A DNA stretch of 64,000 nucleotides from an uncultured Candidatus Saccharibacteria bacterium (GCA_964650645.1 CAZYUH010000001.1:639202-703201); one strand, 5' to 3'; counted from the stretch's first letter, positions 27,453 through 39,312 are shown. Program-made: numbers and translations. The notes: generated by a model from the letters alone, not told the origin.

Positions 27453-28478
27453 TTATTCCTCGCCCATCTTCACGACCGGCCCGCGCCTGGACGACTGAAT
27501 GTCCTCGGGACGCTTGGGCATGACATGCAGGGCCGGCAGATCGGCCGCGTCGAGGTTCGGCATGGGCACGGACGATTTTTCCGGGGATTCGGGCACCAGC
27601 TCGACTGGCGCGGCGGGCTTTTGCGGTTGCGCCGGGGGCGGCGTTGCGGGAGCCGGCGCAGGGTGCGGCTTCGGGGGCTGGGGTGCGGATTCGGGTGCAG
27701 GCAGATTCAGCTCGGCTACCATAGGCAAAAGGCTGTGGTTGGGGTGGATGTCTACCCTTGATAGGGGTACAGGCATTTTTTGCGAGGGTACAGGTACCCC
27801 CGGAAGGGGCACAGGCGTATTTTTCTGCGCCGCAGGAGCCGGCGGCACTGCGGGCGCGGGCGTTGGCGCCGCGGGAGGAAAGGGGTTCGGCGACAGGTGC
27901 GCCGGCACGGGCCTGAGGCCCGCAAGCGCAGGAACCGACGCGGGCCAGGCGGCCGCCTTCCCTGCGGGCGCGTCGTGGCGGCGCATTATCCACACGAACG
28001 CGGCCCACACGGCCCCGAAGGCGGCCAGCCACCCGGAATAGATCCCGAACAGGAGCCCCCACCCCACGGCGGGCGCCATGGCGTGGACTATGAAGAGCGC
28101 GTACCAGTTGGCGCCCTCGAAGCCTTCGACCGCGTCGCGCTTTATGCCGGTAACGTCAAGCTCGACGAAATGGAAGGCCGCGAGGAGCGCGATGAGCAGC
28201 CACTTGAAGAGGAACGCGGGCGCCGCGAGCACTCCCGGCGTCCCGCTCTGGAAGTGCACGAGTATGGCCGCGCCGCCCGAGACGATGATGGCCGCAAGCG
28301 CGACGGCCCGTATGGAGCGCGCGGCGCGCACGAAGCCGAATACCGTCTCGCTCTTGTGCGCGTGCAGGGAAAGCAGGTGGCCGACCAGCGTGACGGTAAG
28401 CGCCCCTACCCCCGCGATAATGCCCCACTCTTGCGTTAAAGACGCCAAAAGCGATAGGAGTTCCCCCGCCAATACCAT
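27453..28478 (-). CDS. membrane protein with Pro-rich C-terminal tail
   Basis: About 5 TMs followed by a P/A-rich disordered region; TACGCT 6 nt upstream of ATG. Confidence 0.75.
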   Translation of the reverse strand: MVLAGELLSLLASLTQEWGIIAGVGALTVTLVGHLLSLHAHKSETVFGFVRAARSIRAVALAAIIVSGGAAILVHFQSGTPGVLAAPAFLFKWLLIALLAAFHFVELDVTGIKRDAVEGFEGANWYALFIVHAMAPAVGWGLLFGIYSGWLAAFGAVWAAFVWIMRRHDAPAGKAAAWPASVPALAGLRPVPAHLSPNPFPPAAPTPAPAVPPAPAAQKNTPVPLPGVPVPSQKMPVPLSRVDIHPNHSLLPMVAELNLPAPESAPQPPKPHPAPAPATPPPAQPQKPAAPVELVPESPEKSSVPMPNLDAADLPALHVMPKRPEDIQSSRRGPVVKMGEE

Positions 28479-28522
28479 GCCCTTAGCGTAGCATGGGTTT
28501 TAGGCAGGTTGCCCGCCGGCCC

Positions 28523-28723
28523 GGCATTGCTGCGGCCGTCCACCAGTACGAAAAAACCTGCCTCAAGGCAGTCTTTCGTGTCTTTGTGGTCACAGATACT
28601 CCAGTCGCCGCCGCGACCGGATTTCCGCGCCCCCGACTCGCTCCCGCGCCTGCTGGCGCGGGGCCCGCTCCGTCTTCCACAAACGCGAAAGTGCATGCCC
28701 CGGCATGCACTTCTCGTCGCTTG
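28523..28723 (-). repeat. tRNA-3'-linked structured cassette array (locus A)
   Basis: Hairpin 28676-28727, unit 28586-28680 (GTGGTCA...TTCCAC), second hairpin 28540-28589, partial unit ending GGCCGTCCAC. Confidence 0.8.
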
Positions 28724-28796
28724 TGGACCCTACCGGGATCGAACCGGTCACCTCTTCCATGCCATGGAAGCGCTCTACCAAATGAGCTAAGGGCCC
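28724..28796 (-). tRNA. tRNA-Ala(GGC)
   Basis: GGGCCCTTAGCTCATTTGGTAGAGCG...CTTCC-ATGGCAT-GGAAG...GGTTCGATCCC..GGGTCCA; G3:U70; CCA not encoded. Confidence 0.95.
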
Positions 28797-28829
28797 AAGA
28801 CCTCTACTGTAGCAAATAGAAGAGGATTT

Positions 28830-29066
28830 TTAAAGAATCACCGTCGCGCCCTCGAAGCGGATTTCCAGCACGCCTCCGTCTATGGGAAACACCTTCGGCT
28901 CCTCGCCGGGCGCCAGGCGCACGCGCAGATCGCCTTTCTTGAGCGTCGTGATGAGCGGCTCGTGGTGCGTCAGCACGGTCATGTCGCCGGCGGCGCCGGG
29001 CGCGTTCAGGCTGTACGCATCGCCCTCGAAGAGGGTCTCGTTTACTTTCGCGATTATCAGGCGCAT
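28830..29066 (-). CDS. atpC: F1 ATP synthase epsilon subunit (beta-sandwich only, 78 aa)
   Basis: LFEGDAYSLNAPGAAGDMTVLTHHEPLITTL, GGVLEI; last gene of the atp operon. Confidence 0.9.
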   Translation of the reverse strand: MRLIIAKVNETLFEGDAYSLNAPGAAGDMTVLTHHEPLITTLKKGDLRVRLAPGEEPKVFPIDGGVLEIRFEGATVIL

Positions 29067-29071
29067 GGGTC

Positions 29072-31374
<2,303 letters not shown>

Positions 31375-31388
<14 letters not shown>

Positions 31389-32928
31389 GGGTTTTCTTGA
31401 ACGAGTCGAGCTGCAGCTTGAGCTCCTCCTCGGTCTGCGAGGCGATATCGCGCGACTTCGCGATGCTCGCGAGCACCTCGGGACGCTCTGCGTCGAGGTA
31501 CGCGAGGAACTTCTCCTCGAACTCGGGAACCTTGTCGAGCGGGACGGAGGCGAGGTAGCCGTTGACGGACGCGTATATGGCGACCGCCTGGCGCTCGAAC
31601 GGGAGCGGCCGGCCGTTCTTCTGGCGCAGGGTCGCCATCATGCGCTGGCCGGCGTCGATGCGCCGCTTGGTGTCCTGGTCGAGGTCCTGCGAGAACTGCA
31701 TGAAGGCCTCGAGCTCGCGGAACTGCGCCAGCTCGAGCTTGATGCGGCCCGATACCTTCTTCATGGCCTTGGTCTGCGCGGCGGAGCCCACGCGCGACAC
31801 CGAGTTGCCGGCGTTTATGGCCGGGCGGACGCCCTTGTTGAAGAGGTCCGTTTCGAGGAATATCTGGCCGTCGGTGATGGAAATGACGTTGGTCGGCACG
31901 TAGGCGGAGATGTCGTTCTCCTGCGTCTCGATGATGGGGAGCGCGGTGAGCGAGCCGCCGCCGAGCCTGTCGGAGAGCTTCGCGGCGCGCTCAAGCAGGC
32001 GCGAGTGCAGGTAGAAGATGTCGCCCGGGTACGCCTCGCGGCCCGGCGGGCGGCGCAGGAGGAGCGAGAGCTGGCGGTACGCCACCGCGTGCTTGGAAAG
32101 ATCGTCGTACACGACGAGCGCGTCCTTCCCTTTCTGCATGAAATGCTCGCCTATCGCCGCGCCCGCGAAGGGCGCCAGGTACTGCATGGCGGCCGGCGCC
32201 GAGGCGCCCGCGTCTACGATTATGGTGTAGCCGAGCGCGCCGCGCTCGCGCAGGCGCTGGACGAGGCGCGAAGTCTTCGATTCCTTCTGGCCGATGGATA
32301 CGTAGATGCAGACGGGACGGGTCTCTTCGGGCTCGCTCTTCTGGTTGAGGATGGCGTCTATCGCGAGCGTCGTCTTGCCGGTGCCGCGGTCGCCAATGAT
32401 GAGCTCGCGCTGGCCGCGGCCTATCGGAATCATGGAGTCGACGGCCTTGGTGCCGGTGTGCAGCGGCACGTTGACCGACTGGCGGTCGATGACGCCGTAG
32501 GCCTCGCGCTCTATAGGGCCGCGCGAGGAAGCCTTGACGGGGCCCTGGCCGTCGAGCGGCTCGCCCAGGGGCGAGACGACGCGGCCCAGAAGCTCCTCGC
32601 CCACCGGCAAAGACAGCATCTCGCCGGTGGCGTACACGTCCATTCCCTCGCGCACCAAGCCCGTGTCGCCCAAAATGATGACGCGCGCGGACTCCTCCTC
32701 GAGGTTGAGCACCACGCCGTACACCTTGGCCTTCGAGCTAACGGCGCCCTGGAGCGACTTGCCGTGGGCGTCGTCGAACCGGACCATTTCCGACATGCGC
32801 ACGCCCGGAAGGCCCTCGACTTGCGCCACGCCGTCGCCGACGCGGATTACGGAGCCGGCATCGCCCTGGCGCGGCGACGGCTCGAACTTCTCCAGCTTCT
32901 CCTTGAACTGTCCTATGAATTCGTTCAT
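31375..32928 (-). CDS. atpA: F1 ATP synthase alpha subunit
   Basis: GRGQRELIIGDRGTGKT, RRPPGREAYPGD, PAINAGNSVSRVG. Confidence 0.98.
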
Positions 32929-33485
32929 GCGGTGAGTGTCCGATAGAGCTCTAGCAATATGCGCGTCTGGGCCTGGTGCGGGCTTTCCTCTTTATGCTGG
33001 GCGGTCTTGGCGTCGCGCTCGACGAGCCTCTCGTACTCGGCGATGATGCGTGGCAGGGACTTCTCCATGCCGAGCACGATGAGCTTGGCGACATCCTCGC
33101 GCGTTTCCGCGACGGCCTTCGCCTTCTCCTCGCGCGCCTGCGCCTCCGCCTGCGCGATGATGAACTCGGCGCGCTTGCCGGCCTCGTCTACCAGCTCGCG
33201 CTCGCGCTCGGCCGCGCGGGCGCGGGCGCGCGCGAGCAGCTCATCGACCTCCTGCGCCGCCTTGGCGAGCATGGCCTCGCGCTCGCCCTCCACTTCGCGG
33301 CGCACGCGCGCGGCCTCCTCGGCGTCCTCCACCCCCTGCTGGACCTTCAGCCTGCGCTCCTCGAGCATGCCCGTGAGCGGCCCGTACAAAAAGTAGTACA
33401 GGACGGCCAGAAGCACCCCGAAGTTGACCAGGTTTATGACAAGCAGTCGCCAGTCGATACCAAAGGCTGAAAACAGTTGTCCCAT
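32925..33485 (-). CDS. atpF: Fo subunit b with ~45-aa C-terminal extension
   Basis: FGIDWRLLVINLVNFGVL..YGPL...LEERR then coiled coil; stop overlaps the atpA start. Confidence 0.9.
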   Translation of the reverse strand: MGQLFSAFGIDWRLLVINLVNFGVLLAVLYYFLYGPLTGMLEERRLKVQQGVEDAEEAARVRREVEGEREAMLAKAAQEVDELLARARARAAERERELVDEAGKRAEFIIAQAEAQAREEKAKAVAETREDVAKLIVLGMEKSLPRIIAEYERLVERDAKTAQHKEESPHQAQTRILLELYRTLTA

Positions 33486-33503
33486 AGGAGGGGCGGAAAG
33501 CGG

Positions 33504-33731
33504 TTAAACGAAGCGGATAATAAACGACACGACCAGGGCCAATATGCCGAGCGCCTCGGTAAAGACGATGCCCAGGATCATGTTGGACGATATCTTGTCG
33601 GACGCGTCAGGATTGCGGCCGAGTGCGTCCATGGCGCGGCTCGCGATGATGCCGATGCCGATGCTGGGCCCGAGTACGCCGATAGCTGCTGCTATGGCCA
33701 TAGCGATAAGACGTGCGGATTCAAGTTCCAT
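33504..33731 (-). CDS. atpE: Fo subunit c
   Basis: GPSIGIG, GRNPDA loop, FTEALGI with ion-binding Glu. Confidence 0.95.
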   Translation of the reverse strand: MELESARLIAMAIAAAIGVLGPSIGIGIIASRAMDALGRNPDASDKISSNMILGIVFTEALGILALVVSFIIRFV

Positions 33732-33804
33732 GCTAAAAAATTTAACGATTAATGCCCGTTTGCGCCCACTATACCACCCATGCGCCCGTTTGGCACGCTA
33801 CGGC

Positions 33805-34581
33805 CTAGTGCGCGCGGGCGGGCGCGTGCTCCAAGGCGTGCTCGCCGTGCGGCATGGCGACCGCCAGCTTGATGAACACGAGGGTTAGCATGGCGAAGAC
33901 CGCCGCCTGCACGAAGCCCACGAAGAGCTCGAAGACCATGAGCGGCACGGGCGCGATGTAGGGCATGAAGAGCGCGACGACCGACAGGAGCACCTCGCCG
34001 GCGAAGATGTTGCCGAAGAGGCGGAACGAGAACGAGATGAAGCGCGAGAGCTCGGACACGAACTCGACGAGCCCGACGAAGAACTTGAGCGGCGACTTGA
34101 GGTTGAAGAACTTCCCCGCGTAGCGCCATACGCCGAGCGCCAAAATGCCCGCGATTTGCGTGGAAAGCACCGCGACGATGGACAGCGCGAGCGTGGCGTT
34201 GAGGTCCGTGTTGACGGCGTGGAAGAGCGGGATGAACTCGTCGCCGTGGTGGATGCCCACGCTGCCGAAGAAAGGCAGGAAGTCGAAGAGGTTGGAGGTG
34301 AAGATGAAGAGGAAGATGGTCACGATGAGCGGGAAATACTGCACCGCCAGCTTGCGGCTGCCCAGCGTCTGCTCCATGAAATCGAGGACGAAATCGAACA
34401 GCATTTCGAACACGTTCTGGAGGCCGCGCGGCACCATCTGCGGCTTGCGCCCCACTATGAAGGCGACAACGCCCAGCACCACGACGACCATCCACGCGGC
34501 CATGAGCGTATTGGGAATGGGAATGCCCCATAGGGTAAAGAGGCGTTCCGAGGCGAACGAGATATGCAGGCCCTCTTCCAT
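33805..34581 (-). CDS. atpB: Fo subunit a
   Basis: PRGLQNVFE, TDLNATLAL, SFSFRLFGNIFAGE, FVGFVQAAVF; start at MEEGLH. Confidence 0.95.
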   Translation of the reverse strand: MEEGLHISFASERLFTLWGIPIPNTLMAAWMVVVVLGVVAFIVGRKPQMVPRGLQNVFEMLFDFVLDFMEQTLGSRKLAVQYFPLIVTIFLFIFTSNLFDFLPFFGSVGIHHGDEFIPLFHAVNTDLNATLALSIVAVLSTQIAGILALGVWRYAGKFFNLKSPLKFFVGLVEFVSELSRFISFSFRLFGNIFAGEVLLSVVALFMPYIAPVPLMVFELFVGFVQAAVFAMLTLVFIKLAVAMPHGEHALEHAPARAH

Positions 34582-34659
34582 AGTTGCGCTTATTTTAGCA
34601 CGCATTCGCGGAAAAAATAAGGGGCCGGCAGCGTTCGCTGCCGGCCCTTCCCCTTTCCG

Positions 34660-35007
34660 CTACCTCGCGCCGCTCCCTTCTTCCAGCGCACGCGAATGCT
34701 CCAGGAATTCCTCCCACTCGCGCGTCAGGAGCGCCCATCCGCCCACTGCCGGCTCGCGCTCATCGCTTAGCTGGACCTTCTTCACATCCCAGAACACGAT
34801 CTTGGTCCCTTCCCGGGGCGCATCGTGCGGCTTGGCCTTCGAGAGCGCAGGCGGCTGTTTCGGCCCTTTGGAAAAATCCGCCTCGTGGTACTGGTTTACG
34901 TGGAAGAAGTAACGCTTGCCATTATCGCCGATGCAGAAGCCGAACTCTTTTTTAGGATTGAAGCTCGTGACATAAGCGGAATTGAACGTTTCAAACACGG
35001 AACCCAT
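34660..35007 (-). CDS. cold-shock-domain (OB-fold) protein
   Basis: VTSFNPKKEFGFC (RNP1-like), YFFH (RNP2-like); GGGGT SD-like; TTGACG-17-TGTAAT about 90 nt upstream; GC hairpin downstream. Confidence 0.7.
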   Translation of the reverse strand: MGSVFETFNSAYVTSFNPKKEFGFCIGDNGKRYFFHVNQYHEADFSKGPKQPPALSKAKPHDAPREGTKIVFWDVKKVQLSDEREPAVGGWALLTREWEEFLEHSRALEEGSGAR

Positions 35008-35235
35008 ACACTCAACACCCTTGTGTGCGAATACCCCGCCTGGACGATCCTTTGAGCCCGGCACTGCGCCAAGCGCCGGCGGTACTCTGCCGCTCATTAC
35101 ACACGAATAATTATAAAGCGTCAATTTGCGCGAAAAGCGGCGTATACTTAAGTGCGGTAAGCGGGGCCGTGCCGTGTCGTCTTCACTGTAGGCAGTACAT
35201 GGACGCATTAGCAATCAAGAATATAACACAATATT

Positions 35236-35790
35236 ATGCCATTTATAGCAATAGCCATCGCGGCAGTGCTCGCCATAGGCGGCGGCGCATCCGTGGCGGC
35301 AAACAGCAGCCTCCCGGGCGATGCGCTGTACGGGTTCAAGATCGGCGTGAACGAGAAGGTGGAGAGCGCCCTCTCGTTCTCCGATGAGGCCCGCGCCGAG
35401 GAGAACCTGGAAGCCATAGCGGAGCGCCGCTCCGAGGCCGAGAAGCTCAGGGCTGAGGGCAAGCTCGACGCGAAGGCAGAGGCGAGCCTTAACGCCAACA
35501 TCGACGCGCACGCCGCGGCGTTCGCCAACGCGCTCGCGAAGGTGAAGGCGAACGGCAGCGCCCAAGCGGTCGCGAACCTCGAAGCGAAGCTCCAGGCGGC
35601 GCTCGACGCGGCGGTCTCCGCCAATGCATCCGCAGGCGCGAACGCCAATGCGAACATGAACTCCAATTCGCAGGGTTCCGCGACCGGCACCGCCAACTCG
35701 TCCAGCGCATCAAGCCAGGACGATGACGGCACCCCCGACCAGGGCCACGGCGACGCGGAGTCGCACGGCGGCATCAAGGTCGACCTCTAA
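35236..35790 (+). CDS. DUF5667-like secreted helical protein
   Basis: Signal peptide, SLPGDALYGFKIGVNEKV motif, Ala/Asn-rich tail; terminator at 35818-35841. Confidence 0.85.
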   Translation: MPFIAIAIAAVLAIGGGASVAANSSLPGDALYGFKIGVNEKVESALSFSDEARAEENLEAIAERRSEAEKLRAEGKLDAKAEASLNANIDAHAAAFANALAKVKANGSAQAVANLEAKLQAALDAAVSANASAGANANANMNSNSQGSATGTANSSSASSQDDDGTPDQGHGDAESHGGIKVDL

Positions 35791-35842
35791 TAATTTGCCG
35801 CAATAAGCGCTATGGCGAAAGCCGCCCGCACGGGCGGCTTTG

Positions 35843-36523
35843 TCATGTGCCCATGCGCCGCTCACGCGCGGCGTACTCCTCCAGCACCGCCTCCAGGTCC
35901 TTTTTTGAAAAATCGGGCCAGAGCTTGTCTAAAAAGAACAGCTCGCTGTAGGCGCCCTGCCACAGGAGGAAGTTCGACAGCCGCTTCTCTCCGCCCGTGC
36001 GAATGATAATGTCAGGGTCCGGCATCTGCGCGCTCCAGAAACGCGCGCGCAATGAGTCCTCGGTTATCTCCTTCCCTTCGGCGGCGAGCGCGCGGGCCGC
36101 CTCGGCTATCTCGGCGCGCCCGCCGTAGGACAGGCAGCACCAGAGCGTCATCTGCGTGTTATGCGCGGTCGCGCGCTCGGCATCAGCCATTCCCTTTTGA
36201 AGCTCGTCGCCGAAGCGCTCCCGCTGGCCGGCGAACCTGATTCGGATACCCTCGCCGCCCATGTCAGCCGCGTGCTTCTGCATGTTTTCCCTGAACAGCT
36301 CCAGCAGGTAGGCGATTTCGGCCGGCTCGCGGCTCCAGTTCTCCGTCGAGAGCATGAATGCGGCAAGATGGCGGATGCCGAGATCCCGCGCATCAAGGGC
36401 CGCCTGGCGCAGCGTATCCTGCAGGCCGGCGCGGTGCCCTTCGAGCGAGGGCAGGCCTTTCTCCTTCGCCCAGCGGCGGTTGCCGTCGAGTATGATGCCC
36501 ACGCATGCCGGTATACGCTCCAT
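35843..36523 (-). CDS. uppS: undecaprenyl/isoprenyl diphosphate synthase
   Basis: IILDGNRRWA, STENWSR, SYGGRAEI, DPDIIIRTGGEKRLSNFLLWQ. Confidence 0.96.
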   Translation of the reverse strand: MERIPACVGIILDGNRRWAKEKGLPSLEGHRAGLQDTLRQAALDARDLGIRHLAAFMLSTENWSREPAEIAYLLELFRENMQKHAADMGGEGIRIRFAGQRERFGDELQKGMADAERATAHNTQMTLWCCLSYGGRAEIAEAARALAAEGKEITEDSLRARFWSAQMPDPDIIIRTGGEKRLSNFLLWQGAYSELFFLDKLWPDFSKKDLEAVLEEYAARERRMGT

Positions 36524-36537
36524 ACGCGGATATAACG

Positions 36538-36810
36538 CTACCAGGCTATGCGGAAGTCACCGTACGCCTGCCCGGGCTCGCGCCACGAGGCGTCTACCGC
36601 GTCGACACGCGACAGGAAGGAGCCTTTGCGCAGGCGCGCGAGCAGGGCTTCAAGCTTATCCTGCGGCCCCTGGGCCAGCACCTCGACCGTGCCGTCTTTC
36701 AGGTTCTTGGCATACCCCGCAAGCCCGAGGCGGCGCGCGTTGCGCGCAACAAAGTCGCGGTACATGACCATTTGCACCCTTCCGCGCACGATGCAGTGCA
36801 GTTCCTTCAT
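36538..36810 (-). CDS. acyP: acylphosphatase
   Basis: VRGRVQMVMYR, GYAKNLKDGTVEVLAQG. Confidence 0.92.
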   Translation of the reverse strand: MKELHCIVRGRVQMVMYRDFVARNARRLGLAGYAKNLKDGTVEVLAQGPQDKLEALLARLRKGSFLSRVDAVDASWREPGQAYGDFRIAW

Positions 36811-36825
36811 ACTGGGACAGTATAG

Positions 36826-37103
36826 CGCAATGCCTTGCAGGGTGGCATTGCTCCGGCCGTCCAGTTTTGTCGTATGTGGTCACAAGTTCGTTTGCGCCGT
36901 CGCGCAAACGCCTCGCGACCCCGGCTCGCCGTCCCGCAAGTGCGGGACATGGCTGCGCCTTCCACTTTGTGGTCAGGGATATTTTCAGCGCCGTCGCGCT
37001 GAAAATTCCACGACCCTGGCTCGGCTGTTTTGCCTGCTGGCAAAACATGCCTCCGCCTTCCACCAGTACGAAAAAATCTGCCTCAAGGCAGATTATTTTC
37101 GTC
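36826..37103 (-). repeat. tRNA-3'-linked structured cassette array (locus B)
   Basis: Hairpin 37059-37110; units 36969-37063 and 36876-36965; partial unit 36826-36863. Confidence 0.88.
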
Positions 37104-37177
37104 TGGTGGACCCTGCGAGAATCGAACTCGCGCCTGTGCAATGCGAATGCACCGTTTTACCACTTAACTAAGGGCCC
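37104..37177 (-). tRNA. tRNA-Ala(CGC)
   Basis: GGGCCCT acceptor with G3:U70; GTGCA-TTCGCAT-TGCAC; GAGTTCGATTCTC; CCA encoded. Confidence 0.92.
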
Positions 37178-37178
37178 C

Positions 37179-37225
37179 GGTCGGGATGCCGAGAATCGAA
37201 CTTGCCTCCGGATACACGCACCCGG
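37179..37225 (-). pseudogene. degenerate duplicate of the tRNA-Pro 3' half
   Basis: 24 bp (37179-37202) identical to the tRNA-Pro 3' end (37269-37292), preceded by a CGGGTGCGTG anticodon-arm-like sequence. Confidence 0.7.
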
Positions 37226-37267
37226 CGGCAGACCGGATACGCACCCTGCCATATTCGTTCGGAAGCT

Positions 37268-37341
37268 TGGTCGGGATGCCGAGAATCGAACTCGGATTAT
37301 ACGCACCCGAAGCGTACGTAATACCATTATACCACATCCCG
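37268..37341 (-). tRNA. tRNA-Pro(CGG)
   Basis: CGGGATG/CATCCCG acceptor; TACGC-TTCGGGT-GCGTA; CCGAG-TTCGATT-CTCGG; CCA encoded. Confidence 0.9.
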
Positions 37342-37482
37342 ACCAAGCTTCCGACCGGGGCGTACGGCGCCAAGCTACCGCACCCCGATGTGCGAGAACC
37401 TACAAAATATAGCGCAAAAAATGACTTTGCGCACTTGCGCAGGCAAGAAAAAAACCGCCGGCCAAAAGGCCGGCGGCTGTGT

Positions 37483-38361
37483 TCACGCCCCCGCGCGCTC
37501 GACGATGTCCTCGATGAAGCGCGGGAGGGCGAACGCCGCACACTGGACCCGCGGGGTCCAGTACTTGGTCTTGAACCTGCCCGCGAGCGTGTAGCGCCCG
37601 TCGAGCATGTCGGCCGACACCGCCGGAATGAACCGGTCGCTCGCCCACCCTATCGCCATGTGCCCGCCGACGTACGTCGGAATGGCGGCGACATAGCATC
37701 CGGAATGCCCGAACAGGCGGCTGAAATGCCCGAGCGACGACGCCAGCTCCTTCTCCTGGAAGAAGGGAACCCCGTTCTGGGTTACGAGGATGCCGCCGCG
37801 CTTAAGGGCGCGCAGGCACGCTCCGTAGAACTCAAAGGAAAACAGCACCTCGCCCGGCCCCTGCGGATCGGTCGAGTCGACGAGTATGACGTCGAATTCC
37901 TCCGAGTGCGCTTTCGACAAGTACTCCATGCCGTCCATGATGACCGGCTCGAAGCGCGGGTCCGCGAACGCCGGCCCGGCGAACTCCGGGAAGTGCTCCC
38001 GTGAGAATTCGACGACGCGCCGGTCAATTTCGACCTGCACGATGCGCCGCACGTTGCGATGCCTGATTGCCTCCTTGGCGATGCCGCAGTCGCCGCCGCC
38101 GATAATGAGCACGTCCGTCGGATTGTCGTGCGCCATGAGCGGCACATGGGACATCATTTCGTGGTAGACGAACTCGTCGCCCGAAGTTACCTGCACCGCG
38201 CCGTCGAGCATGAGCATCTTGCCGTAGTGCGGATGCTCGAACAGGGCAAGGTGCTGGTGCCCGGTATGCTCTTCGTGAAGCATCCGAAACGCCTTGTAGA
38301 ACGTCTGCACGCCCTTGTCGTTGTGCAGGGTTTCGCTTATCCAGTCGCACTGTCCGCTCAC
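37483..38361 (-). CDS. speE: spermidine synthase (polyamine aminopropyltransferase)
   Basis: LMLDGAVQ..DEFVYHEM, IIGGGDCG, VEID, DSTDPQGPG; AAGGAG SD before GTG; TTGACA at 38421-38416. Confidence 0.95.
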   Translation of the reverse strand: MSGQCDWISETLHNDKGVQTFYKAFRMLHEEHTGHQHLALFEHPHYGKMLMLDGAVQVTSGDEFVYHEMMSHVPLMAHDNPTDVLIIGGGDCGIAKEAIRHRNVRRIVQVEIDRRVVEFSREHFPEFAGPAFADPRFEPVIMDGMEYLSKAHSEEFDVILVDSTDPQGPGEVLFSFEFYGACLRALKRGGILVTQNGVPFFQEKELASSLGHFSRLFGHSGCYVAAIPTYVGGHMAIGWASDRFIPAVSADMLDGRYTLAGRFKTKYWTPRVQCAAFALPRFIEDIVERAGA

Positions 38362-38431
38362 TCGTCTCTCCTTTTGTATGGGCTCTGGAATAGGAATACT
38401 TTATTTTTTAAGGATTGTCAAGATTTATTTT

Positions 38432-38616
38432 GCCGTCCCGCCAGTGCGGGACATGGCTGCGCCCTGCACATGTTATTTGTGGTCAGGGATATTTTCAGCG
38501 CCGTCGCGCTGAAAATTCCACGACCCTGGCTCGGCTGTTTTACCTGCTGGCAAAACATGCCTCCGCCCTGCACATGTACGAAAAAACACCCAGCAGTGGG
38601 TGTTTGTTTCGTCATG
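38432..38616 (-). repeat. tRNA-3'-linked structured cassette array (locus C)
   Basis: Hairpin 38569-38620; unit 38479-38573 nearly identical to 36969-37063; partial unit 38432-38469. Confidence 0.88.
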
Positions 38617-38690
38617 TGCACCCTTCAGGATTCGAACCTGAGGCCTCACCCGTGTGAAGGGTGCGCTCTAACCAACTGAGCTAAGGGTGC
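38617..38690 (-). tRNA. tRNA-Val(CAC)
   Basis: GCACCCT/AGGGTGC acceptor; CACCC-TTCACAC-GGGTG; CAGGTTCGAATCCTG; CCA not encoded. Confidence 0.93.
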
Positions 38691-38768
38691 GTCCGTTCAT
38701 GATACGCAAAAGGCGGCAAAAGAAAAAGCGCCGGCCCAGGGGGCCGGCGCTTCGGCGGCGCGAGGGGG

Positions 38769-39200
38769 CTACACGCCCTTGCCGCGCAGCTGCTCGCTTA
38801 TGACGGCGCGCGACGCCTTGAACGCATCCCGCAGTATGGGGATGCAGGCCTCGGGAGCGGTGTTGCCGCACATGAACACGTCGAGCGCGGCAAAGCCGCT
38901 CTCGGGCCAGGTATGGATGGAGATATGGCTCTCCGCCAGGACCGCAACGCCCGATATCCCGCCGTTCTCCTCGAACTCGTGCGTGTGGATATGCAGGAGC
39001 GTCGCGCCGGACGCCTCAACGCACCGGCGGAACGCCTCTTCTATAAGCGCGCTGTCGCGCAGGCTGGCCGGGTCCGCGCCGTGCAGGTCCAGGAGGATAT
39101 GGGCCCCCGCGCACCGCACGCCGTCGCGCACCATGTAGTACTCCCTGCGCTCTTCGTTTAGAGGCAAAGAGGATGAGGCCAGTGCTCCCACATGCATCAT
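38769..39200 (-). CDS. speD: S-adenosylmethionine decarboxylase proenzyme
   Basis: GAHILLDL, GISGVAVLAESHISIHTWPE (autocleavage ES), DVFMCG; AAAGGA SD. Confidence 0.94.
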   Translation of the reverse strand: MMHVGALASSSLPLNEERREYYMVRDGVRCAGAHILLDLHGADPASLRDSALIEEAFRRCVEASGATLLHIHTHEFEENGGISGVAVLAESHISIHTWPESGFAALDVFMCGNTAPEACIPILRDAFKASRAVISEQLRGKGV

Positions 39201-39312
39201 GCGTTCCTTTTCTGGTTGCTGGTGAACGAACTACTTATAATAGTATACAACTTAAATCAAAAAATCGCAATATGCCCTGCGGAGCGCCGTTGGCGTCTGG
39301 TACCATAGGCCC

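Noticed and set aside
36826-37103. CRISPR array interpretation of the repeats next to tRNAs
   Set aside because: Units are ~90-95 bp, structured throughout, lack unique spacers between identical repeats, and no cas genes are present.
37179-37292. Integrated prophage or island between 24-bp att-like repeats
   Set aside because: Only ~66 bp separate the repeats and no integrase is present; treated under the nested-tRNA finding.
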